A stretch of DNA of 64,000 bases from Orbicella franksi (taxonomy: Eukaryota). The stretch spans positions 20,274,001 through 20,338,000 of the forward strand of contig OZ116708.1 in assembly GCA_964199315.1 (NCBI GenBank), read 5' to 3'. Below are positions 22,414 through 35,633 of the stretch, in pieces. The notes beneath the pieces are model-generated. The model was not told where the DNA came from. It worked only from the letters and a program-made list of their open reading frames with translations, and made no database searches. Numbering within the stretch: the first letter of the stretch is position 1; each line of letters starts with the position of its first letter. A program made the position numbers and the translations under genes.

Positions 22414-23142
22414 AAGTCAACTCGGTTCGTTACCAGCCACGAAAAACCATCAGGGTGGCCTCAGAGGTTCTGAATTTGAATCCAAGTATACAAGCGTACA
22501 GAATTTAGCATTTTCCCATTTGCGTTCGTTGGATATGACATTTTTATAGCCAACTCGGTTCTACGGGCTTCCTGGGTTATTTACCATCTGATATCCAACG
22601 TGTACTATAGGAGTGATTGTCAATTATCTTTGATAAAGGGGAAAATAAAGTCCAAGCGGTCTGCAACTGAGCGGAACAAATGAGTGTTTTTATGTCCCCC
22701 ACCCCCCTCCCCCCAAATAATATCTATCATATTAGATTAACAAAGTTCAAAAACTTTCACGCGTTTACAATTTATGTAATTTTAACACATTTACAGAATA
22801 CATTCAGGTTTGCGCTTACAATGAATATTCTTTCAAAATTTGACTTGCATGCATCGATTTCTGTTCTATTTTCTCTCTCTGTTTTTTTTTTTTTTTTCAT
22901 CTCTCTTAATCCTACGACATGTTCCATACAACAGGTACCATGATAAATGTATTGCTTTATTTTTTTCGCCATGGATCGGACATGATCTTATGGACTGAAA
23001 CCATCGATTCCAAAAATTTTAGGAGAACAGGCTACATAACAAACGTCTTTACAGAAATATTCATATATTTGTAGCGGCTCAGTGTTCACACTGTAATATC
23101 ATGTTCATCGTCAAATGTCTCATTCCCTTATCGCACATCTTC

Positions 23143-24180
23143 TCAGCTCACCCTAATATTTTGTTCTTGTTCCTCATTAGCTATGACTCCAATCTGTCTC
23201 GGTCCAAAGATTTTCCTTTCAAGCTCCTCAGCTTGTGCAACGGTTTTTCTCGAGAGCAACTCAATGAGGGCTACGCGAAAATATCTTATTCTAACGGAGT
23301 AAATCAACGGATTAAATAACGAATTCAGTACTGGTATCAAAGGAAGAAGATAAATAGCAGTTTGTCCTCCATTGGCAGGGTTCTTGTTGGTAGTGGAAGC
23401 CAAAACGGCAAAGAAGATATTTATTGGAATAAAGCAAAGAAAAGAAGCCAGTAGAACAACAGTTGTCGTGTAGAAAGCTTTCTTGCTTTTCAGTAACTCC
23501 TTCTTCGCTTCTAAGGAAATTTGGTTAGCAGCAATTTGTTTCTCGTTGCGGCGGACCTCCTTGTATACAACACAATTAAAATAAATCATTGCGGGAAAAT
23601 AGAGAAAAACTGGCCCGACTATGAACACTACAAAGTTACTTGAAAAATCTGTGTTAGTTTTGAAGACGTCTTGCATGGGAAGCAATAGGGCTATAACCCA
23701 CGCCAGACCAGAGGCTATGATGATACGAACTTCAGTTACCTGGTTCTCATACGTGAAGGGGTGTCTAACCGCGACATAACGCTCTGCACTCAACAAAATT
23801 AAATGACAAACTGATGCCGTCAGAAATTTGCCAGTGAGAGTCACTGATAGTTTGTCTAGGTTGCAGAATATGTTTCCTTGACCACTGAGAAGATAACTTC
23901 CGTGTACGATATGAAAAGGCTGAACAAGTAGTCCCACCACGAGGTCAGTTGTGGCTAAACAGGCGAGTGCTATGTTAGATTTAGTGCGAAGCTGTCGTTT
24001 GGTTTTCACTGCAACCATCACCAGGATGTTGAGCAAAATTATGAAAGGACAGGTGAAAGAGTTCACGACCATTCTGGCGATGAATACAGCGCGAACATCG
24101 GAAGAAATATTTTCGGCATTTATAGGAAGAAATGCGAGACCACAACTAATTATTGTGCGGTTGATAGTGGTGAAATTCAT
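23143..24180 (-). CDS. Class A GPCR family 1, copy B, 345 aa, intact, apparently an A/C chimera
   Basis: Intact 7TM ORF with LNILV, LATTD, SAERY, CFIP, NSLFNPLIY. Confidence 0.92.
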   Translation of the reverse strand: MNFTTINRTIISCGLAFLPINAENISSDVRAVFIARMVVNSFTCPFIILLNILVMVAVKTKRQLRTKSNIALACLATTDLVVGLLVQPFHIVHGSYLLSGQGNIFCNLDKLSVTLTGKFLTASVCHLILLSAERYVAVRHPFTYENQVTEVRIIIASGLAWVIALLLPMQDVFKTNTDFSSNFVVFIVGPVFLYFPAMIYFNCVVYKEVRRNEKQIAANQISLEAKKELLKSKKAFYTTTVVLLASFLCFIPINIFFAVLASTTNKNPANGGQTAIYLLPLIPVLNSLFNPLIYSVRIRYFRVALIELLSRKTVAQAEELERKIFGPRQIGVIANEEQEQNIRVS

Positions 24181-25209
24181 CTTCCTTCGACTGACTGAGT
24201 GTGTGATAATTTCCTTGCTTCGTGTTTTCAGATCGCTTACCTTTCTTATTTTCCCTCTTAAATGAGTTCAGTTCTTAATTTCGTTTATAGTCTGATTACA
24301 GCAGGTGATGTTCATTCATTCATTCATTCAGGATAATACTAAACTTACGTACTTTAATACAAAATCACTTTATTACAATTCAACTAAAATTGTCATTACA
24401 TTAGCATACTATTCTTATCTAAAATGCCAGCTACGTCCTAATTTTAAATGCACATAGCCGGGTTTTAAAATTTTGAGAGCTTAAGATTTTAAGGTATTCA
24501 GTAAAGATAACGTTGAATTCCAAAGAAAATGTGAACTATGTTTTCAAAAACACCAAGTATCATTATAAGAGGACTTGAGACCGGTAAGTGCACTACTGTC
24601 GGGAATCCAGTAATTTACCGTAATTGACTATTCTATTATTAGCTTCCATTTTTTTTTTTCGTTGCAAAAATGGCAAACAATAATGTTCTCAATTGTCAAT
24701 TTTACTAATGTTCATGAGACACGTTTCAATTTCTGTTTCTTCCCAACCAACTTAGCGGTTTCGAAAAAAAAAAACTTATTTTTTTATATATGGAAATATA
24801 TATATATTTTTTTGAACTTTGTTTTGGCTTTAGCCATTTTCTACCTTTTGTTTTGGTGCTGAGTACCGCAGTGTCGGTCTCTAGCGATCTGTTGCAATTG
24901 TGCCGAATCCTTGTTTTATTTATTTTGATGGCGCGCCTGTTTCCCTTTGAGAGTTACGAAACATCCATCTGTGTTAATGTCTCTCTTGGGGCCGTAGGAT
25001 GAAATAGCAACGTCAAAAACAAAAACAAAAACTAAACGAATCGTAATTACCAATGCCAAAATTAATATACACCCTTTCGTAATCGAGCAAGCTTTACGTG
25101 GCACATTAGAACTCACCGAGTAAGAACCCTTTGTGTTTCGTTGGAAAGCAGAGTTTCTTTGACGAAGCTGCTGTATTACTACATTATTAGGTTTGGCTTT
25201 TATTAATGA

Positions 25210-25502
25210 GGTGTAAGCCTTACCATAATTGTTTGTTAATTAACGTAAAGAGCTTGTGTAACGAAATCCACACAGACATCGGTGCTAGCAAGGTAACCTA
25301 GTAACAGTTTTGATTGTGGATGAAGAGAGATGACACTTTTGGAAGAACAATGATGATCAGAACATTTCCCAGAAGCGCGGTGATGGAAAGAAGAATATTA
25401 ATTGCTGAAAAAAATGATCTTTGGCTTTGGCTCAGTAAGAGCGGTCAAGTAATAAAACCCTTCAGTTGTAGTTTGGTTTTTAATTTCAGTTAAGTTCTGC
25501 AT
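25210..25502 (-). pseudogene. Class A GPCR family 2, 5' fragment, unit B
   Basis: Near-identical to 9880-10169 with the same truncation. Confidence 0.8.
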
Positions 25503-25639
25503 TTTTTTCTCGACAATGATTGTTACTACTGTCTTCTTTCTAGACAAACAAGATCAATTGTGAACTAAGATTGTTCCCGCCTGGTCCAGTAATGATTGAA
25601 AACCTCCAGAGTCATAAACGTAAGAAATCAATTTTAAGC

Positions 25640-25823
25640 NNNNNNNNNNNNNNNNNNNNNNNNNNNNNNNNNNNNNNNNNNNNNNNNNNNNNNNNNNNNN
25701 NNNNNNNNNNNNNNNNNNNNNNNNNNNNNNNNNNNNNNNNNNNNNNNNNNNNNNNNNNNNNNNNNNNNNNNNNNNNNNNNNNNNNNNNNNNNNNNNNNNN
25801 NNNNNNNNNNNNNNNNNNNNNNN
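25640..25823. other. Run of 184 N
   Basis: Seen directly. Same flanks as 10307-10478. Confidence 0.99.
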
Positions 25824-27221
25824 AAACATCTAAATGCTTGTTATGATGGTGAGAATTTCCTATAGTCTGCACTTACTTTGTCCTGGGACTTTTAAGATTT
25901 TGGGTTTTTTACGCTCTACCCGCTGATTTGTCTCCAAAAGTATTGACTCAACAGCAATCAAACTTGCATGGCATCTAAAGCATCCAAATGTGACTATTTT
26001 AGTGATAATTACGTGTCAATCTTGAAGTCACATTTTATACTTTGTATTTTTACGACGTCATATTTCAAAATGACCATCTTGGATTTCAAACATTATTTAA
26101 ATAAGCTACAACAGCTCCGATTGTTTTCAAAACTGTAAAGAATTTGAAATGTAATCTTTGTAACATCCAGAATGAATCAAGAACAGATATCTAACCTCAA
26201 GAAAACCGCGAAAGTGTAGTAAAAAAAGCTCTTTGAGAACTTGGTTGCCATAGAAATGGCACGTCATGCGACCAAACGTTTGACATACATGTACAAAAAA
26301 TGTTCCCTGATAAATTTAGGAAAATTGACAAAATTCAACCATAATATCTCTTGAATGCTCTTTAAGTTGAAAAAGTTTGAAATAAGCGCGCGTGCATTTT
26401 TTCCTTTGTCTTCCACCAAAGGTCAAAGAGCGTTTACCCTTGCACGTACATGCAAACTCATAACCCCATACGGACAGTACAAAGAAGGGGAGGGGAGGTG
26501 GTTGGACCCCAGCATTTTCTCATTAAGGTACGCTATTTTGAAACTTTCTACCCTTAATATAGAGAAACTGTCTCTGTCGCCTACAAGATGATGTTAGTAT
26601 TATGGCATACCTATGAAAGAACGCTGCTGGGGGCCCAGTGACGTAATCCAACATGGCAGAAACTTTCAGATTTTTCCCTTTTTTCCATCGTAATTTTTGT
26701 ATTTTGGCGTGAAACTTATAGCTCTGACAGCTTCCAATATTACATTATAATAACCATTAATTTTCTCGTAGCTTACGTACACACCTCACTTGTCCTTGGA
26801 AATCCCCTTAATGTGCGAGCCGATTTTCACCACATTCTCAGCAAATATGTCTCAAAGATAAACGAACGCCTACTTAAATGGACAAGTGCCTAGGGAAAAT
26901 CCTGTTGACAAAGTTTTAAAGAACCCGAGGGGTGGAGTGGGGCCGGCAACCACTTACACAACTTACAATACTAACATTGCTTACAATTCATTAATATCTC
27001 GCTTTACTTACAAATAATATCTTGTAATGCTTAAGGTTAACTAACTTTACGTACTTTGCTATATCATCTTGGCTAAATATTAAAACATAGTGATAACTGA
27101 TAACTGTATTTGGAGCATTTTTGGCATCAGTGAAAAAAATGCTCGTTTGGTAAGTAATGTTTTCTTGACTGATAAATGACTCTTGATGGCAATCAGCCAT
27201 ACCGCTAGGGTTTCGAGACCA

Positions 27222-28145
27222 CTAACCCGGGAAACAGTTCACCTCCTTGATCGTGTCCTTCACTGCTCGCCTCACGTCTTTCAGTTTCCAACAGTACAGA
27301 AATGGATTCAACGTGGAGTTCAACAAAAGAAGAGTAATCGTTACAGCATGAGCTTGGTGAAAAGTTGGTGAGTGTAATCCAAGCACGCCACGTAAACCTG
27401 TAACAACAGCAAATGGCAGATAACAAGCAAGTAAAGTCATTTGTACCCACAAAGCGCTGGACACGGTCTTTCTGTATCGTGCTATATTCAATGGAATTCG
27501 TGCTTCGCTTTGTTGTCCTTGGGATGTATTATTATGTAATCGAGCTTGGTGACGGTGAAGGGTAAGATAAACCTTCATATAACAAAATATGAAGGTTACT
27601 AGACATAACAGCATTATTATGGAGGTAATCGTTTCAGCTATGCGACGCTTGTAAAGCATTGTTATTGAAAAGCCAGTGCTAAAAAGCCAAAAAAACCCCA
27701 CAAGGACCCATACTCGCCTCAAGGTTACCACTTGCCTGTATCTTAGCCTCAACATCAGGGCGAGAAGTCTGTCTACACTTATTGCTGTTATTGTTAACAA
27801 AGATACCCCACAGAAAATGTAACCTATCGTATTTGAAAGTATGGTAGAATAGTAGCAAAGTTTGGAATGTTCTGGAGCGAAAATAAAGGTCACAAAAAGA
27901 GGATGTGAAATTAAGCCCACACAGAAATCGGTGCTTGCAAGGCAACCAAACAGAAGTTTTGACGGCGGGTGAAGGGAAGAGACTTTTCGAAGAGCAACAA
28001 AAATCAGAACATTTCCCATTAAAGCAATAATGGAAAGGAGAATATTCAATGCCGAAATAATTGTTCGATGTGGTTCCTTAAGGCTCTCCAAGCAACAGAA
28101 CTCTTGAATTGTCGTGCAGTTTCCAATTTCAGTAAAATTCGGCAT
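27222..28145 (-). CDS. Class A GPCR family 2, copy B, 307 aa
   Basis: Intact ORF with 9 amino-acid differences from copy A. Confidence 0.92.
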   Translation of the reverse strand: MPNFTEIGNCTTIQEFCCLESLKEPHRTIISALNILLSIIALMGNVLIFVALRKVSSLHPPSKLLFGCLASTDFCVGLISHPLFVTFIFAPEHSKLCYYSTILSNTIGYIFCGVSLLTITAISVDRLLALMLRLRYRQVVTLRRVWVLVGFFWLFSTGFSITMLYKRRIAETITSIIMLLCLVTFIFCYMKVYLTLHRHQARLHNNTSQGQQSEARIPLNIARYRKTVSSALWVQMTLLACYLPFAVVTGLRGVLGLHSPTFHQAHAVTITLLLLNSTLNPFLYCWKLKDVRRAVKDTIKEVNCFPG

Positions 28146-30887
28146 TATGTTTTGTCTCGATAATTTTCCCTTTTCTTTCTGTTATCAAAATCTTCTTATC
28201 TTCTGGGTCGTTTTTGAGGAATCCTACTTCAGATGTTATAGTTTCATCTGTCTTTCCTGAAAAAAGAGAAATTTATAGTTAAGTGTAGAAAGTAGCTCTC
28301 CTAGACAACTAACATTGAGCAGCCCTTAGTGAACGACCCAGGCATTTGCATCTCACTTCCTTATGTCATAGATCATGGAGTTACATATGCCAATATGCGA
28401 GTAAGAAGAGAAAAAGGTAACAGTTTTACTATGAGCAACAAACTATTCTTCAATCAGAATAGTGTCTTGGCTTTTCTATAATTCTTTTGCGGTTTCTGCC
28501 GTGGGCTCCTGGCCGTGGGCTAAATCGCATTTTTATGTGAGAATTACAACTGCCTTTGCGCGTCGTTTAAAGAAAGATCGATGAAATTTGGAGAAGAAAT
28601 TTGGCGAAAAAAGACTCGCATGAGTTCGTTGTGAAGACAAAACTCCACCCTGATAAAATATGTTGAGAATCCCGGGCTGAAAAAAACAAGTAAAGAGGAA
28701 GGATCGTTCCATTATAGCAACAAGAAGGAACTCACCGCTAGCGACAAGGGGCCAATGTTCGACCAACCTGTGGCCTTCAAAAGGTTGTAATTATAGTACT
28801 CCAGTAAACGCTCACCCAACTGAGTTTCTAACAGTTTCCGCGTTTTGTTTCAGATCGGCGTTTGATCGATTTTAGTTGCTAGTTGCGCAGTGGTTTCTTC
28901 TACGGTTTTTTTCTCTTTCGCCTAACCGGAGTGCTTTGTTACTACTCAGTTTTCCAGTGGCAGAAGCCTTTGTGTTGTGTCTCAAATTCCCATCATCGCA
29001 AATCAATGAGAATGTAAAATAGTATTTTCCAGCAAATTGCAATGGCTTATTTCTGTTAGGGCTATCTTGTTCCAAGCTTGTATTTCATGACGACATGACA
29101 GTACGATACGACGGTATGACAACTTTGACAGTTTTTTTTGGTAAGGTGTAATCAGCTGCGATTCTTTAAGAGATAAAAACTCGGGCTTTATTTTTGACTT
29201 GATTCCTTTCCTTTAAGCGAATTAATAGGGTGTATAGATTTGGGTAAATTCTCACGAAAATTGGCTAAAATGTTCCTTGATTATCAATGTGCCGAAGTGT
29301 TTTCTTTTTTGACATTTCAAATACTTCCTTTCTTAGGCCCCCTCATGTCACGAAGATCGGCCAACTAATATTATATTCGTGTAATTCTACATTTATTTCC
29401 TCATTAGCCAAAACGAATATCGAACAAACCTCACGCACTTTTTGTAGTCGTCATTTGCTAATTATTGGCATGATTCAGCTTGTTTTATCGTATGTGAGAA
29501 CACGAATCCAGGTAACTGAGTTCAGCAACCACTGTCAGTCTTGCGCCCGCTTATCAATAAATAAAGTCTTCAAAATAGTTATTTCTTTTGATTCTAAATG
29601 TGATTGGCTTTACGTTGATAGAGTCCTTTTCATATAGTTTTGGTAAAAGCGAACAGGAAGTTCTTCTGAGGGTCTAAGGTAACCTTAAGATTAAGATGCA
29701 AAACATTATCTTCCCAAACTTCGTGTTTGATGACATTATTTTACTTCTCCTAGACGTTTTTGCAGCATTATATTATACCAGTAGATGAAATCTTGAGTGA
29801 GTCGACATACATTATTGATGTGGTTACCATTTTTTCCTTGATTCAGTTAACAGAACTCTCTAACTGAACTTGCAGGCTGCTGTGGAATAATTTTTAGAAT
29901 ATGAATACAGCACACCAAACAGAATTGAAATATGTATATGTAAATGTTTCCCACAAATTCAGGCTGTAGCACGCAATGACACTCCATAATTTACATGTCC
30001 ATTTTGTTTATTCAACTGCTTACCTAAGCGATGGGTATCTGATCTTCTGGAGGCCTCTTTCAGCAAAATGCAGTCTTCTTAACTTTGATGAAAAAAAAAA
30101 AAAAAAAAAAAAAAAAATTCACAACTGCCGCTTATTATTTTTATATTATATATTATTATAATTGTTATCGTAAGGTGATGTTCCATTTCCGTGAGCAAAA
30201 ATGAATTGAACAAATATGTTGACCAATGTCTCCATTTTGATTACTGAAAAAGATGTCTTCTCCGAGCAGAGTGCAAATAAACTTTCACTAACAGGAAATC
30301 AAACTTCCGGCCCTTGGTGGTCCTGATTACTTTAGGTTGAGACTTTTTCGTTGACATTTCCGTGGATCTATCTTGTGTGGCTTTAGACCAATGTCATCAA
30401 ATGTCAGCTTGATGATTCCATTTCCGTAAAGAAGCATCAACGCATCCTTTGTAACGAACCTTGAGCTAATAGATATGTCTCCTGCGTTATCATTTTCATG
30501 CAATTATTCAGTCCAATCAAACCTATTTGTTTCGGGCAAAGATACTTGCAAGACATAGTTTCTTTGCAAAGTCGAGAAGGGAGGAGAATTGCTCTACTGG
30601 ATGACATAAAGAAAGTCATCTCTATCAGCGCCAAACAAACATGACCGCCACTGGTAGTCCAGCTGTTTTAATTAAATTTCTTAGAATTGTTTTCCTAAGT
30701 GATTCAATAGCATTCATTTCAAGCATAAATCGAATTCAAATTCAGATCCAGTTTTATCTCTCAATTCAACTGCTTTTTTTTTTTATCATAATGAGACTGG
30801 TACACTGACAATAACCCTATTTCACAGCAATGAAGCACCTGCTGGTGACGGAAACGAGGTCCAATATAACTTGCATTGGTACTTTAA

Positions 30888-32566
30888 GGTGGCTCGATAC
30901 AGTTTTTTTCTGAGCCATGCTTAGCATTTTCAATTGGCGTTTTACTAACCTTCCCTTACTCTGATCGATGTGGACATTACACCAGTTTTTGGAAAAAGAT
31001 TGAAGTTTGGTTGAAAGTGGTTTTTAAGGTAGTTGATATTTTCATGGAAACGACAAACCAAAAATATGAATATCGGTAAAACATGAATTTTGTACGAACC
31101 AAATCTGTTATCAAGAATCTGATGCCAATTTCTGAAATTATGATGTATGGCAAAGGAATATGCAAAAATAATAAAATTCTGTATGTTTGATTTCGAACAA
31201 ATCGTAAAAACATTTCAAACCGTGCTTTTTGTTTAATTAAATTAAACGGACTGAAAGAAGAACGCGATTTTAATGAAATTGCCCCAAAAGACACAAAAAT
31301 GTGTCTTGAAGCTATGTTTTGTTTTGAAGCCATGAAAGGTTTGTTGGTTTGTGTTTTCTTGATCTCAAGAACGAGACTTTTTCTCAACGTCACTTCCATA
31401 ATAAATTTAGAACAATTTTCGATTTTCAGCGCTTTTTGTAAAATATTAGAAACGGCTCGATAGATTATTTTAAAACGTTAGATCTATGTGTAATATTCTC
31501 CCGTGATCAGTACATTTCGCTACCATACCTGAATGCAAATTTGCGGGATGTTTCTTGAAATACGGATCAAGGGGACTTTTGGCCCTTCTTTCCATGCCAG
31601 CGAAAGGACTGTTCAGAAAGAATTCCAAAGCTCTACCTTGAGTGACAAAGAACAGGAAGGTATTGGGGAAAATAGTATTTTTTTTTCAGGGGAAAAACGT
31701 CTGAAAATTGCGCACAAGTAATGTCGTCAATAAGTCAATCAAGGATAAATCGAATTATTATTTAAAATATGCATCAATGAAATGTATAGATCACGGAGGA
31801 ATGTTACACACATAGATCTGAATATTTTAGCATAATTTGTTTTAGATCGGGATTTTGTAACGCAACTTTTTCCTGGGTTCGAGCGCCTACTTCATCGACA
31901 AATTTAGAAGTGTTCCAGTGGATCAATGCTAATGAAACTTTGGAATAAAATTGTTAACATTATCAGGCATACACGATTAACGTTTTGAAATATTCTATCG
32001 AGCCGTCCTTAAGAGTTTAGAAGAAGCGCTTAAAATCGAAAATTGTTCTAAATTTATTATGGAGGTGACGGTGAGAAAAAGTCTCGTTCTCGAGATCAAG
32101 AAAACACAAACCAAAAAAACTTTCGTCGCTTCCAAACAAGACTTCAAAATACATTTTGGTGTCTTTTGAAGAATTTTCATTAAAACAGTGTCCTTGCTTC
32201 AGTCTATTTAATTTCATGAAACAAAAAGCATGGTTTAAAATGTTTTTTGCGATTTATTCGAAATCAAACCTATAGAACTTTTTTATTCTTGCATATTCCC
32301 CCTGCCATACATCGTAATTTCAGAAATTGGCATCAGATTTTCTATAACAGATCTGGTTCGTACACAATTCATGCTTTACCGATTTTCATATTTTTGGTTT
32401 ATCGTTTCCATGGAAATATCGATTACCTTAAAAAACATATTCAACCAAACTTCAATCTTTTTCCAAAAACTGGTGTAATTTCCACATCGATCAGAGTAAG
32501 GGAAGGTTAGTAAAACGCCAATTGAAAATGCTAGGTATGGTACAGAAAAAACTGTATAAAACCACC
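30888..32566. mobile_element. Kolobok-type foldback element, unit B copy
   Basis: TTAA|GGTGGCTC...AAACCACC|TTAA with about 590-bp inverted arms. Confidence 0.88.
31481..31818. mobile_element. Nested MITE, unit B copy
   Basis: Homologous to 16129-16470. Right TTAA has mutated to TGAA. Confidence 0.65.
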
Positions 32567-33990
32567 TTAAGACCAACTAGAACGTAGTTAGAAAACTACA
32601 GCTTCTTACAGTTGTTTACTTATTGTGCTCTGCCAGACCTCATAGTTAAGAAAACCGTGCATTGAATACAGTTATTCAACTCATTACAGATTTAAATTTC
32701 TTCTTTTTAACGGCTAAGCACACCTTCTAAAAGTCTGGGTATGGTTGGCGGGATCTCAATTATCGTTTAAATTTTAGGTGATAAAATAGGGCGCTATCCA
32801 TTCGACCAAAAATTCCGGTGGGAATTTTTGGAAATTTTCTGAGGCGAATAGAACAGAATTTTTCAGAGTCACTGGAAAACGAGCCGCGCAGGTTTGTTCG
32901 CTTTTCAGTGAAATTTTTCAATGACTTCGAGGCTTAATCGCAAATATAGAAGTAAAAAGAACACGGATAAGTGGACATGTGACTTTTTATAGATCACTAA
33001 CGCAGGGACTTCACTTACACAAACCACAATGGCAGCGAAAACGTCGCAAAACACTTATGACTAATTATGGCGTCACGATAATTAAATACAACGCACTTAG
33101 TTTTCGAGAATAGCGAGTTTTTTCCAGTTCGCTTGGTGAAGAAAGAGAATAGTTGCCATTAGAAAGCTTCTCAAAAAAATCGACTTCTGTGGATTAAGCA
33201 GGTAAGACGATCGCACTGAAAGTGACAAATGTTTAAACTGCATTTTTTTTACCCTAACTTTCCAGCTGAGGAAAAGGAAACTTGTTCTTAGAGCAAAAAG
33301 CTGTTGACTTCATTCACAGTTGTTATCATCGTCTCAAATGAGTGACTTTAGTTTGGAGAAAAACAGATTTCGGTCAGTCGTTCTGACCTGCTGTGGCGAT
33401 CAACACATCCACTGCGTTTACGATTCTTAACTGCCTTGAACACGAGTTCTTGAGAGGATTTTTGGTGCAAGGGCAACAGCGGTCATTTTGAAAATTCTCC
33501 ATCCTTTCAAATATCCTGGACTTAGAGTGATGTCTTCGGAATAAATGAAAAATTCATTCAGCAACTGTCAGCCATGTTTACTTGCCGAGATGGCAAAGAT
33601 GGCGAGCTTAGTAGCCAGGCCTCGAAAATGTCATGTAAACCGCCTGGCGCGGTGAATATAAGGTCATATAAGGAATCGCTCAACCAATCAGATTGCTGGA
33701 AACTCTTTGTTCAGCTCTGAAATTATAGTAAAATTTAATATAATCGGTCTAGCGGGATAGTGGAACGGTTGAAATCTCGATTCTCACTTTTTGAGATCTG
33801 TTACACCGACCGAAGAATCAAACCGCCTGGACTCATCTTATCGCCGGACTGTGACGTTTTTAAATTGAGTTTCGCAGCGATAGTTATTTGTGCTAGCCTT
33901 ATCATGTGCTGACGTCTTACGACTTTACTACAAATATATGGCAAGTAAAACACATTTTTGTTTATTTAATTGATAAATCAACAGTCCTCT

Positions 33991-34426
33991 AAATCTGGTT
34001 CTCACATGACCTCACTAGAATTCAAACTACAAAACTATTGATCCTCCTGAGATTTTACTGTCTAAGAGCAGCTGAAAAATAATATTCGTGCAAGTTTTTT
34101 GAATGGTTTCTTGGTTTTGTAATAGACTACGCTTGAATTTCTAAAGCTTCTGCGTGACGGGCAAGAGAGCTGTCATGTTGGTTAAAAAAGTCACTAATTT
34201 CGGGGAATTTGGTTATCTGAACAGTTCATGTATTAGAAAAAGTATTATTTTTAAAATTTTCTTGAGTTCCTCGAGAGATAAATTCACGCTTTTGCAACAA
34301 AACTCAGTGACGGATGTTTCTGTTGGTTTCCGGCCGCCATGTTGGTGCACATCAGGATGGGCAACAGCATGGCGTCTCCATGAAAATCTCTATAAATTTG
34401 GGTACAAAATTTCACCGCATATCTTG

Positions 34427-34473
<47 letters not shown>

Positions 34474-34532
34474 CTTTACCTTCTTTCTTTTCAAGATTCT
34501 GGACTTTATCTATTGAGCTGTTTTGATTTTTG

Positions 34533-34569
<37 letters not shown>

Positions 34570-34575
34570 GCAATA
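33991..34575. mobile_element. About 600-bp non-autonomous TIR element, unit B copy
   Basis: Homologous to 18645-19244. Confidence 0.6.
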
Positions 34576-34688
34576 GAGTAATTAGATACCCAAACGATGT
34601 GGCGGCGGTGTTCTGTGACGTAATTTGTATTAGCTTACTTTTTAAGTTAAGAGTTGTGGAGAATTTACTATTCCATGACAATATTATA

Positions 34689-35633
34689 GGCTATCTGACT
34701 TAGAAACTCTCATCTGTCGGTTGTTAGAGATTTTGGCGGGAATTTCGCGTATTTTCCGTCATTGTGCGCTTCATGATACCTCTTTCTACGCCATGCGGTC
34801 TTGCAAAGACAATTTCAAAGTGCCCATTGCATTCACTTTAAAGAAGAAAGAATCGGTCGCTTTCAAGGTCTTCCACAGTTTGAGTGGAATAATCTCTGCG
34901 AACAATATGTGATAGAGCAAGGGTCACTTGGGGCCGCTTTTATCACAAAAACCAGGAACAAGGACAGAGATTCGAGCCGTAAGGTGGAAAACAGTGGTTG
35001 TCAAGAAATCACCTGCTTTTAAAGATTCCTGCTTAAATAAGATTCCCCATTTTAAAGATTCCCACTTTTAAAGATTCCCCTTTTTAAAGATTCCCGGTTT
35101 TAAAGATTCTCGGTTTTAAAGATTCCTGGTTTTAAAGATTCCCCATTTTAAAGATTCCCCCTTTTAAAGATTGCCCATTTTAAAGATTCCCGCTTTTAAA
35201 GATTCCACGTTTTAAAGATTCCCGGATTTAAAGATTTCCCATTTTAAAGATTCCCGCTTTTAAAGATTCCCCATTTTAACGATTCCCGCTTTTAAAGATT
35301 TCTCATTTTAAAGTTTCCCGCTTTTAAAGGTTCCCGCCCTTAAAGATTCCCACTTTTAAAGATTCCCGCTTTCAAAGATTCCCCGTTTTAAAGATGTCCG
35401 CTTTTGAAGATTCCCCGTTTTAAAGATTTCCGCTTTTAAAAATTCCCCATTTTAAAGATTCCCCATTTTAAAGATTCCCGCTTTTAAAGATTTCCCGTCT
35501 TAAAGATTCCCACTTTTAATGATTCCCGATTTTAAAGATTCCCGATTTTAAAGATTCCTTATTTTAAAGATATCCCGCTCCCCGTTCCCCATTCCTATTC
35601 ACCGATTTCCCGTTCCCTCTTTTAAAGATAGCC
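34689..35633. mobile_element. GGCTATCT...AGATAGCC element, unit B copy
   Basis: Homologous to 19358-20510. It is 208 bp shorter, owing to satellite length. Confidence 0.5.
35017..35577 (+). repeat. 16-bp satellite, roughly 33-35 units
   Basis: Directly visible tandem array. Confidence 0.97.

Larger units (their letters stand above)
20511..22485 (+). pseudogene. Crypton recombinase relic, unit B copy, split by LINE insertions (pieces 20511-20825 and 22414-22485)
   Basis: Homologous to 3103-3510. Sequence resumes at gaagtcaactcggttcgttaccagccacgaaaaaccatcagggtgg (TKNHQGG). Confidence 0.75.
4405..23460. repeat. Segmental duplication copy X (about 19 kb)
   Basis: Colinear and about 97% identical by eye to 23460-37650, apart from a 3.7-kb segment (6128-9843) and a 0.9-kb LINE (21023-21938) present only here. 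Confidence 0.9.
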
